Assembly (NCBI GenBank): GCA_037130055.1
Contig: JBAXTS010000003.1
Span: 1 to 47,674, forward strand
Reading direction: 5' to 3'
From: a bacterium
GTDB lineage: Bacteria; Patescibacteriota; Minisyncoccia; Phycocordibacterales; UBA9973
Length of the DNA stretch: 47,674 nt
Shown here piece by piece: positions 7,603 to 17,017 of this stretch. The position numbers were made by a program, and so were the translations under genes. A model generated the notes under the pieces. That model saw only the letters and a program-made list of their open reading frames with translations. It had not been told where the DNA came from and made no database searches. Numbering within the stretch: the stretch's first letter is position 1; every line of letters starts with the position of its first letter.

Positions 7603-10365
7603 TTACTCCATCGATGTATAGCGTGCCATGATTTCTGCTTCTACTTCCGCGCGGTCACGGCCAAATTTTACGTACGAAAGTTCTTTCAAACTATCTACTA
7701 TATCAGGATTCCCCTTTTCAGCATCAAGTGTCCTTAAATTAAATGGCTTTGTGGGTTGACCTTTTACCAGCATGCTTATATATGCTTCACGATTATTAAG
7801 TTTCGTAATATCCCAAGCAGAAAATTGTGGTTTAAATTTTGGCTCTAAGAAGGTAGCGTCTTCTGTACCTACTCTAAATATTGCCATCGAACCTACGTTT
7901 CCAAATACTGCATTTTTAATGTTTTCTTCAAGTTGTGTTATATATTGATGCGCAATGTTAAGTGAAAGTCTATACTTACGAGCCTCTGACAAAATAGAAG
8001 AAATAGAATCAGTCGTCACATTTTGGAACTCGTCTATGTAAAGATAAAAATCATTCATTGGTTTACCAAACATATCTACGCGAGAAAGTGCCGCCATTTG
8101 AATCTTGCCTACCAATACTAAACCAATCAAATTCGCATTGATGTCACCCAGTCTGCCTTTAGAAAGATTAACCAAAAGAATTTTCTTCTCATCCATAATT
8201 TTTCTAAAATTAAATACAGAATTTTGCTGAAGAACAACCGGACGCATAATGTCATTGGAAATAAAATTATCAAACTTTGAAGAAATATATGGAACGAAGT
8301 TCGCAAGCGACTGATCCCCTGTTGTCTGCTCTGCTGAAATCCAAAATTGTTTAATAATTGGGTTCTTGCATTTTGCTAATTTCATATCACGAAATTCTTT
8401 ATCCCCCAAAACACGCGTAATTTCAAGCAAAGTCGAACCAGATTCTGGATCTTCCATTACAAGAAATGCACTATTCCTAAAATATTGCTCAAACATCGCT
8501 CCTCCACCAACTTTCATGTCAAAAAGTTTATTGAAAATTCCCATCATTTCATTAACCACAAAAGTCTTCTGCTCAGGATACTTTGGGTCATATTCGAGCA
8601 TATTGAGCCCCATAGGGCGTGCTGTGTAAGCAGGGTCAAAATAAAGCACATCATCAATACGCTCCTTGGGGATACGAGACAAAATGGTTTGAATGTCTGT
8701 GCCGTGTGGGTCAATATAACAACACCCGTCTCCATTTTTAATATCTTGAGTTATCATATTGAGTAAAATATTTGTTTTACCAGTACCGGTCTGTCCTATC
8801 ACGTAGAAATGTCTCATGCGGTCCTCTCGAGCCATGTGTATTTCTGTATCTTTGCCACGATAACTATTAACTCCTAGAACTATCCCCTCAGACCCCATCT
8901 CTAAAGGAGCAGGGGCAATACCAGCCTTAGCCTCTTTCAATTGTGGCTGGCTACCAATGCCGACAGGAAAATGAAATACCGAAGATAATTCCTTTAGATT
9001 CATCGGTAATATTTTGTCATGAGAAAACGTACGGTAAGAAAAATCATGGAAAAGCTCCTTCAGCTCCTTGTCTGATGCTTTATGAAAAACAAAAGAATTA
9101 CTAGCAACTTCTGAGAATTGATTAAAAGAAGATTCTATCTCAGTTAATATCGCGTCTGCTCGTTCCTTCGTCCCGCCTGAAGCTATTATGCGAATATTCG
9201 CTTTCATAATTGTACTTTTCAATTTATTTCCTATTTTTTCTGCAGCACCTTCATCTACTGCACGTCTCCCTTTTATATGCTTTTCTTTTCTTTCCTCTTT
9301 TTTAGTTTCATTTAGGAATAACTCTTTGGAAACCTTCAAAAAGCCTTCTTTAAATTTAAAAATGTTATCATCAGCATGTTTTACGGAATAGCCATCTTTT
9401 ACATCATCTAAAATCTTATGAAACTCATGAATAAACTTCTCTCCAGCAGGAGCGACAACAAGCTGAATAGCAGCCCCTTCGCCTGCTGTTTTTAATTTAG
9501 AAAAAACATTCAAAATAGGATTCATCGGGTCATGCTCAATGTTGTCATAAGTCTTAATAGGCATGACTGCACGCTCTGTAAAAGAAGCATATGCGCCAGC
9601 AGCAGCTCCATTCTCGTCAAAAATATTATAATCATCTGCAACCTCACTAACTTTGGCATTATGATAAAAAGATAAAATCTGTTTTTCAAAAAGTGAAAGA
9701 TGTTTATTTGGAATAGCTGCATAAACCACAACCTCATCATTTTGATTACCAAGAGCTATTTCAAGTGTAAAATAATTCTCTTTCTCGTTATACTTTCCTT
9801 CTCCTACAGATTGCATACCAGCGTAAAATTGCTCCATTGCTCCAATGAATTCCTTAAAACCTTTTGACTTATCTGCTTCATCCTCAGGAGGAGGAAGGGT
9901 GATTTCAAAAAGAGTCATATGAAGTGCTTTATATACAGGAGAACCATCTTTAAAATCAAGCATCGCTTGACCCGTCTTTAAATATTGAATAAGAATTCTA
10001 TGAAAATCGTCATCTACATGCGGACTATTCATCGTCTCAACCACAGATAGAGCATTCCGAACACCTTTTGTAATAACTATTCCCAAAAGCTCTTCCATAA
10101 TACTATCGTGAGATTCTGGTTTGAGCTTTAGCACAATGCCTTCTGCCTCTTTCTCGTTTATGATATTATTTTTATGAACTAAATTTTCTGCTGGTATTTT
10201 TTTGTATTCACCAAGTACATCTCTGGATGCGTGCTCCCCCGCTCTCTCATTGTGCCCCATACCCACGAGCTGTTCTTCGCGAGCTTTCACATGCGCACGC
10301 AAATAATTGAGCTCCTCTTCGGGACTTTGGAACTTAGGCATTTCTTTAAAGAATGAACCCTCCAT
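7603..10365 (-). CDS. VirD4/TraD/HerA-like P-loop ATPase (type IV coupling protein-like)
   Basis: RHFYVIGQTGTGKT, IDPHG, LYIDEFQN, LSEARKYRL, HQYITQL, AVFGNVG. Confidence 0.85.
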   Translation of the reverse strand: MEGSFFKEMPKFQSPEEELNYLRAHVKAREEQLVGMGHNERAGEHASRDVLGEYKKIPAENLVHKNNIINEKEAEGIVLKLKPESHDSIMEELLGIVITKGVRNALSVVETMNSPHVDDDFHRILIQYLKTGQAMLDFKDGSPVYKALHMTLFEITLPPPEDEADKSKGFKEFIGAMEQFYAGMQSVGEGKYNEKENYFTLEIALGNQNDEVVVYAAIPNKHLSLFEKQILSFYHNAKVSEVADDYNIFDENGAAAGAYASFTERAVMPIKTYDNIEHDPMNPILNVFSKLKTAGEGAAIQLVVAPAGEKFIHEFHKILDDVKDGYSVKHADDNIFKFKEGFLKVSKELFLNETKKEERKEKHIKGRRAVDEGAAEKIGNKLKSTIMKANIRIIASGGTKERADAILTEIESSFNQFSEVASNSFVFHKASDKELKELFHDFSYRTFSHDKILPMNLKELSSVFHFPVGIGSQPQLKEAKAGIAPAPLEMGSEGIVLGVNSYRGKDTEIHMAREDRMRHFYVIGQTGTGKTNILLNMITQDIKNGDGCCYIDPHGTDIQTILSRIPKERIDDVLYFDPAYTARPMGLNMLEYDPKYPEQKTFVVNEMMGIFNKLFDMKVGGGAMFEQYFRNSAFLVMEDPESGSTLLEITRVLGDKEFRDMKLAKCKNPIIKQFWISAEQTTGDQSLANFVPYISSKFDNFISNDIMRPVVLQQNSVFNFRKIMDEKKILLVNLSKGRLGDINANLIGLVLVGKIQMAALSRVDMFGKPMNDFYLYIDEFQNVTTDSISSILSEARKYRLSLNIAHQYITQLEENIKNAVFGNVGSMAIFRVGTEDATFLEPKFKPQFSAWDITKLNNREAYISMLVKGQPTKPFNLRTLDAEKGNPDIVDSLKELSYVKFGRDRAEVEAEIMARYTSME

Positions 10366-10514
10366 ACTTACAATTATACAGCAAATAAAAACAAATAAAA
10401 ACTCGTTGCAGGCGTACTTTTTAGAATGCCTTGCGCAGGCGGGCGCGCCGAGCAGTTCGCTCCGCTAGCAAGCGGAGATAGATTGCATTATAAAAAGTAT
10501 GCCAAGAAAGAGTT

Positions 10515-11291
10515 TTATATTTTAGTCAAAACCTCTGGTTCTCCATCTGTAATCAAAATCGTGTGCTCAAAATGCGCACTCAGCTTCCCATCTGCTGTAC
10601 GGAAAGTATATTGGTCATTATCTATGGTTACATTTTTTGTACCAAGATTTAGCATTGGTTCAAGTGCAATTACCATTCCAGGAATGAGCTTTGCTCCAGC
10701 CCCCTTTTTACCAAAATTAGGAATATAAGGGTCCTCGTGAATGGCTCGTCCAACACCGTGCCCAGAAAGAACTTCCACAATCCCATACTTATTTTCTTTT
10801 TGAGAACGAACAAAGCTCTCTATGGCATGCCCGATATCACCCACAGTATTCCCCGCTTGCGCTGCGTCAATTCCTACATACAAAGCTTTCTCGGTAATCT
10901 CAATCAACTTTAAATTTTTAGCATTTACCATTCCTACGGGAACAGTTATCGCCATATCAGAAAAAAGTCCTTCGTGTCTAACTCCCAAATCAAGGGAAAC
11001 AATATCTCCTTCTTTTAATATTCTATCTTTCTTCGGAATCCCGTGAACAACTTCGTCATTCACTGACACACAAAGAGAAGCAGGATAAGGAATATTTGCG
11101 CCCTCTGGCCGATAATTTAGAAAAGCTGGTGTATCTCCAAAATCTCTAATCAATTTTTCTGCATATAAGTCTAGCTCTTTTGTAGATACACCTGGAGCGA
11201 CTTTTTCCTTTAAACTATAAAGAACTGAGGCCAAATGTTTACCACCCTCACGTATTATTTCTATTTCTTCTTTTGTTTTTATAATTATCAT
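10515..11291 (-). CDS. map: Methionine aminopeptidase type I
   Basis: SVNDEVVHGIP, GHGVG, HEDP, ALEPM, SAHFEHT. Confidence 0.98.
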   Translation of the reverse strand: MIIIKTKEEIEIIREGGKHLASVLYSLKEKVAPGVSTKELDLYAEKLIRDFGDTPAFLNYRPEGANIPYPASLCVSVNDEVVHGIPKKDRILKEGDIVSLDLGVRHEGLFSDMAITVPVGMVNAKNLKLIEITEKALYVGIDAAQAGNTVGDIGHAIESFVRSQKENKYGIVEVLSGHGVGRAIHEDPYIPNFGKKGAGAKLIPGMVIALEPMLNLGTKNVTIDNDQYTFRTADGKLSAHFEHTILITDGEPEVLTKI

Positions 11292-11292
11292 T

Positions 11293-11973
11293 TTATGAGA
11301 TTATGGTACCAACAAATTTTTCACCATTGAGGCACTTTTTAAGATTATCAATTGACTTGCCGTTCATTATGGCAACATCGATACCCTCCTCCTCTGCAAT
11401 TTTTGATGCCATAGGGTCAAATGGAGAATTAAGTCCTGGATTCCATTCTTTTGGAATAAGCGCACGATAATCTGCCCAAGAAATTTGTTCTATTTTTTTT
11501 GCATTTGGGTTTATTTTTGGGTCGGAATCATATACATAATCAGTATTTGATAAATTTATAACTCTCTTTGCTCCCAATTGTTTACCTAAAATAACTGCGT
11601 CATAATCTGTACTCCAACCAGGCTTCCATCCTCCACCTATTACTATTGATTTTTCTATCCTAATAGGTAAAGTTGGGTCTAAAATAATTTTATCATCCGC
11701 CAAATCTCCAAATAGAATTCTAACAAATTCAGCATTAAAACGAGTAGAGTAAATACCCAACCAATCCAATTTTTCAGAACTAAGTTCTATTATCTGCTTG
11801 GCAGCATCCTGATATTTCCTACAAATTTTTCCTCCACCAGTTATAATTACAAATTTCTTTCCTAGTATAATTTGCGATTCTATTAATGTCTTAAATTCTT
11901 TTAAGAAAATTAAATCGATATCGTTGGGTACGATCAATGACCCACCTAGTGAAATAATTATTGTATCTTCCAT
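11293..11973 (-). CDS. pyrH: UMP kinase (archaeal-type)
   Basis: ISLGGS, GGGKICRKY, GWKPGWSTD, VYDSDPK, PFDP. Confidence 0.9.
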   Translation of the reverse strand: MEDTIIISLGGSLIVPNDIDLIFLKEFKTLIESQIILGKKFVIITGGGKICRKYQDAAKQIIELSSEKLDWLGIYSTRFNAEFVRILFGDLADDKIILDPTLPIRIEKSIVIGGGWKPGWSTDYDAVILGKQLGAKRVINLSNTDYVYDSDPKINPNAKKIEQISWADYRALIPKEWNPGLNSPFDPMASKIAEEEGIDVAIMNGKSIDNLKKCLNGEKFVGTIIS

Positions 11974-11974
11974 A

Positions 11975-12562
11975 TTAATATCCTAGGGCTTTAATAATAT
12001 CTTTATGTACGTCTTCAACGCTTTGTTCTCCATTAATAGTATAAATAACATAACCCTCCTTGTCTTTAAAATAATTTACAGCTGGAACGACTTTGTTTAT
12101 ATACTCATTAAATCTTTTTCGTAATCCATTTTCTGTATCATCTGCCCTACCTCTCAACAAATTCCTTTTCATTGCTTCATCCTCCCCTAAATCAATATAT
12201 ATTACTTTTATATGATCTCTTTTGTAAAATTTCATCATCATTTCAAAAGTCTCAGACTGAGCAACAGTCCTAGGATAACCATCGGCAATTAGATGTTTGT
12301 CTGCACCAAGAGAAGAGTTGAGAATGTTGGCAAAAATTGCATTAGTTAAAAAATCAGGTTGAAGCTCGCCTTTAATTATGGATTCTTTGATGATTCTAGC
12401 AGTAAAGTTCTCAGAACTGAGCAATGCCCTAAATCCATCTCCAGTACCAGCATATACCGTATCCTTGTTGTCTTTGGATTTCAAAAAATCTATAAGCAAT
12501 TTTACCTGTGTGCCCTTGCCCGAACCCACTTGTCCAAAAAATACAAAAGTTTGTGAATGCAT
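11975..12562 (-). CDS. adk: Adenylate kinase family (short LID)
   Basis: GSGKGTQ, GELQPD, DGYPRT, RGRADD; usual position between secY and map. Confidence 0.88.
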   Translation of the reverse strand: MHSQTFVFFGQVGSGKGTQVKLLIDFLKSKDNKDTVYAGTGDGFRALLSSENFTARIIKESIIKGELQPDFLTNAIFANILNSSLGADKHLIADGYPRTVAQSETFEMMMKFYKRDHIKVIYIDLGEDEAMKRNLLRGRADDTENGLRKRFNEYINKVVPAVNYFKDKEGYVIYTINGEQSVEDVHKDIIKALGY

Positions 12563-12656
12563 AAACTAACAATACCGAAATTAGTTCAATAAATCAAGAA
12601 CCCTGTCATCATAGAAGCAAGGTGAATTTTAATCTAAATTATGCTTTAATTACCTT

Positions 12657-13226
12657 ATGAAAAAAGAAATTATAGCCATCACTGGAACTCTTGGTAGTGG
12701 AAAATCAAGCACCGCAGATTGTGTCGCCAAAGAGCTAGAATTTAAGCGATTTTCTTCAGGAGATTTTATGCGAAAAATCGCTCTAGAAATGAATATTTCT
12801 TTAAATGAACTCAATATCAAAGCTCAAAACGATAACAATATAGATAAAAGAATAGATGACGAGGTGAGAAAAATTGGAATGATGAATCGTGTTGTTGTTG
12901 ATTCTCGTCTAGCATTCCACTGGATACCTGAATCATTCAAAGTTTACTTAGATCTTCCACCAGAGATAGCTAAAGAAAGAATTTTAAATAATCTAAAAGA
13001 AAATGAATTACGCCGACAGAGTGAGGATTCATCCAACACAGAAGAAATTTATGGGAAAATAATTTCCCGCTTAGAATCTGAAAAGAAAAGATACAAGGAA
13101 TTGTATGGGTTAGACCACACAGATAAGAGCAATTATGATTTGGTAATAGATACAAACAAAAACAACCTTATTCGGGTTGTCAGTATAATTATTTCTGAAT
13201 ATAAAAAGTGGTTAACTAAAAATTAA
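12657..13226 (+). CDS. cmk: Cytidylate kinase-like protein (archaeal type)
   Basis: GTLGSGKSS, SSGDFMR, IDKRID, VVDSRLA, YDLVIDT. Confidence 0.85.
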   Translation: MKKEIIAITGTLGSGKSSTADCVAKELEFKRFSSGDFMRKIALEMNISLNELNIKAQNDNNIDKRIDDEVRKIGMMNRVVVDSRLAFHWIPESFKVYLDLPPEIAKERILNNLKENELRRQSEDSSNTEEIYGKIISRLESEKKRYKELYGLDHTDKSNYDLVIDTNKNNLIRVVSIIISEYKKWLTKN

Positions 13227-14494
13227 TACTCTCTCATTGAAATCTGTGCGTCCACTTTCTTCATCAAGTCTAGAACAACAGAGACAACTATAAGCACAGA
13301 AGTACCCCCTAATGCAAAAGATGTATTGCCAGTAATAAACTGCATGATGAGTGGTAAAACTGCTATAAAACCAAGGAAAGTGGCTCCTAGAAGTGTAATG
13401 CGACTCAATACCTTTGAAATATATTCTGAAGTAGAAGGTCCTGGGCGAATTCCTGGGATGAATGCTCCATTTTTCTGTAAGTTTGTAGAAAGAGCCTCGG
13501 GGTCAAAAGTAACAGCTGTGTAAAAATAAGTAAAAACAAAAACTAAAATAAAATAAAACACAGCATAAAGAACACTAGTTTGAGTAAATGAAACTAATAT
13601 CTGTGAAATTTTTACAATAATTACGTTTGAATACCTACCTAAAAAAGTACCAATCATTTGTGGAAAAAGCAAAATAGATAATGCAAAGATTATTGGAATA
13701 ACTCCGGCTTGATTGACACGAAGTGGAAGATATGTGGACCCGCCACCATACATCTTCATTCCACGAACACGTTTTGCATATGTAACAGGGATAGGTCGCT
13801 CTGCCTCTGTAACGAGAACAATACCTGCGAGAATAATAACTCCCACAACAGCAAAAACTATATAAAGTGGAATTTGAGAAACATCAAATGTAAAAATATG
13901 CTGACTAACCCATGATGGAAGCTTAGAAACAATACCAGCAAAGATTATCAATGATACACCATTGCCGATACCAAATTCTGAAACAAGCTCCCCTATCCAC
14001 ATCAGCAGGACTGATCCTGCAATAATAATAACTAAATTTGTAATTCTATTGAAGGCCGTCAAATTAATTAAAATATTCTGTTTTTCAAGAAGATATAAAA
14101 GACTAAAACCTTGCACTGCAGCAAGAGGCACTGTGAGCAACCTGGAATATTGAGCAAATCGTTTTCTGCCAGCTTCGCCTTCTTCGTGATAAATTCTCTT
14201 CAAAGAAGGAACCATGATAGTCAAAAGCTGCATTATAATAGAACCTGTGATGTATGGACCAACTCCGAGCATAATAACAGAAAGATTGGAGAGTCCTCCT
14301 CCAGAAAAAATATTCAAAATACCAAAAAATTGATTATTGGAAAGAAATCTATTTAATTCTATCGTGTCGATACCTGGTATAGGAATAGCTGAAAGTAATC
14401 TGAAAACTATCAACACAAAAAAAACAAACAAAACTCTTTTTCGTAGGGTTGTGTCTGTCCAAATTAATTTCATTTTGTTCCAAAAATTTTGCAT
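13223..14494 (-). CDS. secY: Preprotein translocase subunit SecY
   Basis: IPIPG, LGVGPYITGSIIMQLL, GIGNGVSLIIFAGI, GVIPIIFA, FIPGIRPG, GGTSVLIVV. Confidence 0.99.
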   Translation of the reverse strand: MQNFWNKMKLIWTDTTLRKRVLFVFFVLIVFRLLSAIPIPGIDTIELNRFLSNNQFFGILNIFSGGGLSNLSVIMLGVGPYITGSIIMQLLTIMVPSLKRIYHEEGEAGRKRFAQYSRLLTVPLAAVQGFSLLYLLEKQNILINLTAFNRITNLVIIIAGSVLLMWIGELVSEFGIGNGVSLIIFAGIVSKLPSWVSQHIFTFDVSQIPLYIVFAVVGVIILAGIVLVTEAERPIPVTYAKRVRGMKMYGGGSTYLPLRVNQAGVIPIIFALSILLFPQMIGTFLGRYSNVIIVKISQILVSFTQTSVLYAVFYFILVFVFTYFYTAVTFDPEALSTNLQKNGAFIPGIRPGPSTSEYISKVLSRITLLGATFLGFIAVLPLIMQFITGNTSFALGGTSVLIVVSVVLDLMKKVDAQISMREY

Positions 14495-14502
14495 TTTATT
14501 TT

Positions 14503-14550
14503 TACCCCTACCCTGCCTCCCCCTACGTAGGGGGAGGAGAAAGGAGGGGG
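14503..14550 (+). repeat. GC-rich REP-like hairpin repeat (CCTCCCCCT..AGGGGGAGG), copy A
   Basis: Near-identical inverted copy at 27189..27238; related copy at 18113..18163. Confidence 0.8.
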
Positions 14551-14554
14551 TATT

Positions 14555-14866
14555 TTATTTTATTATTATATGTCTTCCTTTGATACTGAGGCGCTTTCTG
14601 ATTTCAGAAAACTTTTCAACTTTACCACTCGCAGATAGAATCTTGTCAGCTCCAAGCAAAAATGGCTTTTTCTTTGACTTGAACTGATAACCACGGTTCT
14701 TTGGTAATTTCTTTATAATATCACGAAGTTCTGGGCGTCGCTTGTTGCCTGCTCGTGCTGTCTGCCCCTTGCCACCTCTACCAGAAGTCTTGGCGTGCTT
14801 ACCTCCTCGGCCAACAAGTCTATCTCTTTTATTCTTATGGGTTCTTTTTAAATTATGTATCTGCAT
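14555..14866 (-). CDS. rplO: 50S ribosomal protein L15 (short, 103 aa)
   Basis: RLVGRGG, KTSGRGGKGQTARAG, KKLPKNRG; directly upstream of secY. Confidence 0.92.
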   Translation of the reverse strand: MQIHNLKRTHKNKRDRLVGRGGKHAKTSGRGGKGQTARAGNKRRPELRDIIKKLPKNRGYQFKSKKKPFLLGADKILSASGKVEKFSEIRKRLSIKGRHIIIK

Positions 14867-14873
14867 TGGATTT

Positions 14874-14937
14874 AATTACGAATTATTAATTACGGATTAC
14901 GAATTGAATTTTAATTTGAAATTGTTAATTCGTAATT
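14874..14937. repeat. Two oppositely oriented copies of the AATTACG heptamer element
   Basis: AATTACGAATTATTAATTACGGATTACGAATT (14874-14905) and an inverted partial copy overlapping the rpsE 3' end (14920-14937). Confidence 0.85.
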
Positions 14938-15494
14938 TCTAATTGCTCCTTGGCAACTTCTTTATTTGCGACAACGATAGTTTCGGGAACAAATTTTGTA
15001 TATTTTGAAGAAATTTGAGAAAGTGATTGCATCACTGCTTTTGCATTATTTAACTTATTTTTGCTGTTAGACAAAATTTTACCTGTAATGTCTTTCATTC
15101 CAGAAAGTTTAACAATGTCACGAACCACAGAGCCAGCTACTAGCCCTCGTCCCTTATTTGGTCTTAGCATCACATATGAACTTGAGAATTTTGCAGAAAG
15201 TTCGTGAGGAATAGACATAGTCTTTGTGAGGTTTAGCCTTATCATGTTCTTTTTTGCATTTCGGAGCGCTTTGTTGATTGCGAGTGCAGTGTCCCCTGCT
15301 TTTCCTAGACCTAGCCCTACCGCACCCTTCTTGTCTCCTGCAACAAGAGCAACACTAAAAGAAAATCTTCTTCCACCTGCGACAACACGTGTAACACGGC
15401 GAATATCTATTATTTTTTGGTCAAACTCGGGCTTTACTCTATTAAAAGAGGATGATCTGCGCCCTGTATTCTTTTTTATGTTTCCTTTTTCCAT
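14925..15494 (-). CDS. rpsE: 30S ribosomal protein S5
   Basis: IRRVTRVVAGGRRFSFS, VGLGLGKA. Confidence 0.98.
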   Translation of the reverse strand: MEKGNIKKNTGRRSSSFNRVKPEFDQKIIDIRRVTRVVAGGRRFSFSVALVAGDKKGAVGLGLGKAGDTALAINKALRNAKKNMIRLNLTKTMSIPHELSAKFSSSYVMLRPNKGRGLVAGSVVRDIVKLSGMKDITGKILSNSKNKLNNAKAVMQSLSQISSKYTKFVPETIVVANKEVAKEQLEITN

Positions 15495-15498
15495 TTTA

Positions 15499-15530
15499 AA
15501 TTCGTAATTCGTAATTGTTAATTCGTAATT
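15499..15530 (-). repeat. AATTACG heptamer element
   Basis: mRNA strand AATTACGAATTAACAATTACGAATTACGAATT filling the rplR-rpsE spacer. Confidence 0.88.
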
Positions 15531-15870
15531 AGAACTCGAGCCCGCCAGCGCGTGCTTCGTCTGCTACTAATTTTATTCTTCCGGTATATTTAAATCCATT
15601 TCTGTCAAAAACAACTTTTTTGATTTTACCTTTTACACAAGCTGTTGCTATCGCCTGGCCGACTTCTTTTGCTCTTTCTGTCTTTGTGCCTTTTGTCGTC
15701 TTGACATCACTAGCTTGAAATAAAGTTCTTCCTGTTGCATCATTTATAACCTGAGCATATATAAATTTGTTTGAACGAAAAATAGTAAGTCTTGGACGTG
15801 CTTCAGTACCTTGAATCTTTACTCGAATTTTCTTCTTTAACCTTATTCTTTTGTCATTTTTGTTTATCAT
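15529..15870 (-). CDS. rplR: 50S ribosomal protein L18
   Basis: RPRLTIFRSNKFIYAQVI, VVFDRNGFKYTGR, ARAGGLEF; start reset to ATG 15870. Confidence 0.97.
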   Translation of the reverse strand: MINKNDKRIRLKKKIRVKIQGTEARPRLTIFRSNKFIYAQVINDATGRTLFQASDVKTTKGTKTERAKEVGQAIATACVKGKIKKVVFDRNGFKYTGRIKLVADEARAGGLEF

Positions 15871-15874
15871 ATTG

Positions 15875-16408
15875 TTATACTGTCTTCTTACCCTGTTTTC
15901 TCCTGATAACTTCACCTTCATAACGCATACCCTTCCCCTTATAAGGTTCTGGTTTCTTTAAAGCGCGAATAGAAGCAGCGAAACTCCCTACCAATTCCTT
16001 ATCAATTCCTGTGATGGTTATGTTGTTCTTCTCTGTCGTTGCGGTGATCCCTTCTGGAATAGCTACAATAACTGGATGGGAGAACCCTAATGCAAAAACA
16101 AATTCTTTGCCTTTGACCTCTGACTTAAACCCAACTCCTTCCAATATTAATTTCTTCTGATATGGTGTCTCTACTCCCTTAATCATATTCTTAATATGGG
16201 AAGCATAAGTACCCCAAAGTGATTGAGAAAATTTATCGTTTCTTTTTATATTTAAATTTATAGTTTTGTCAGTTATGGCAATAGTTATATCATCACGAAA
16301 AGTTCTAGTAAGTGTCCCCTTTGGACCTACAACAGTCAAAGTATCACCACTCTGTGTGACCTTAACTCCTACTGGTATTAATATTTCTTGTTTTCCTATT
16401 CTTGACAT
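15875..16408 (-). CDS. rplF: 50S ribosomal protein L6
   Basis: MSRIGK, GPKGTL, LGFSHP, PEPYKGKG. Confidence 0.98.
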   Translation of the reverse strand: MSRIGKQEILIPVGVKVTQSGDTLTVVGPKGTLTRTFRDDITIAITDKTINLNIKRNDKFSQSLWGTYASHIKNMIKGVETPYQKKLILEGVGFKSEVKGKEFVFALGFSHPVIVAIPEGITATTEKNNITITGIDKELVGSFAASIRALKKPEPYKGKGMRYEGEVIRRKQGKKTV

Positions 16409-16414
16409 ATAATT

Positions 16415-16443
16415 TTATTATTTATAGTGAGTTTGTCGAACTA
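16415..16443 (-). repeat. TAGTTCGACAA(A/G)CTCACTATAAATAAT repeat, copy 1 (supplies the rpsH stop codon)
   Basis: One mismatch versus 23360..23387; partial copy at 33918..33934. Confidence 0.85.
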
Positions 16444-16827
16444 CCAAATTCTAAACAATGCCTCGCCTCCGACTTGTTCTTTGCGAGCCTCTTTCCCTGA
16501 TAAAATTCCTTTTGGTGTTGAAAGTACGAGTAACCCTGTACCATTTCTTACGGAATGAATATCTTTCATGCCAAAATAAATACGTCGTGACTGCTTGGAA
16601 ATTCTTTCCACCTCTGTAATTTTGGGTTTTTTATCAATGTAAATCAATCCTACTTCTAAAAGAGGCTGACCTTTTTTTACTTTTTTTGAAATTTCAGAAA
16701 CATATCCTGCCTTTTTTAAACATTCTGCAATAGAATTCTTCATTTTGGAGTATGGAAAAGTTACTGACGGAAGGCCAGCGAGACTCCCATTCTTCATTAT
16801 AATTATCATGTTTGAAATTGAATCCAT
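16441..16827 (-). CDS. rpsH: 30S ribosomal protein S8
   Basis: MDSISNM, RISKQSRRIY, LSTPKGI, VGGE; start reset to 16827. Confidence 0.97.
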   Translation of the reverse strand: MDSISNMIIIMKNGSLAGLPSVTFPYSKMKNSIAECLKKAGYVSEISKKVKKGQPLLEVGLIYIDKKPKITEVERISKQSRRIYFGMKDIHSVRNGTGLLVLSTPKGILSGKEARKEQVGGEALFRIW

Positions 16828-16831
16828 AAAA

Positions 16832-17017
16832 TTACCAGCTTGATTTACGAACGCCTGGAAGCATTCCTTCATTTGCTAATTCTCTAAAACAAATACGACA
16901 AATACCAAAATCCCTCATAAAACCATTCCCTCTTCCACAACGAAAACATCGATTTTTAGCTCGAGTTGAAAATTTGGGAACTTTTTTGCTTCTAGCTATT
17001 ACTGATGTTTTTGCCAT
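16832..17017 (-). CDS. rpsN: 30S ribosomal protein S14, zinc-binding type Z
   Basis: 61 aa with RCFRCGR...CRICFRE. Confidence 0.97.
   Translation of the reverse strand: MAKTSVIARSKKVPKFSTRAKNRCFRCGRGNGFMRDFGICRICFRELANEGMLPGVRKSSW

Noticed and set aside
7603-10365. Integrative conjugative element around the VirD4-like gene
   Set aside because: No relaxase, integrase, VirB genes or attachment repeats; the flanking genes are housekeeping.
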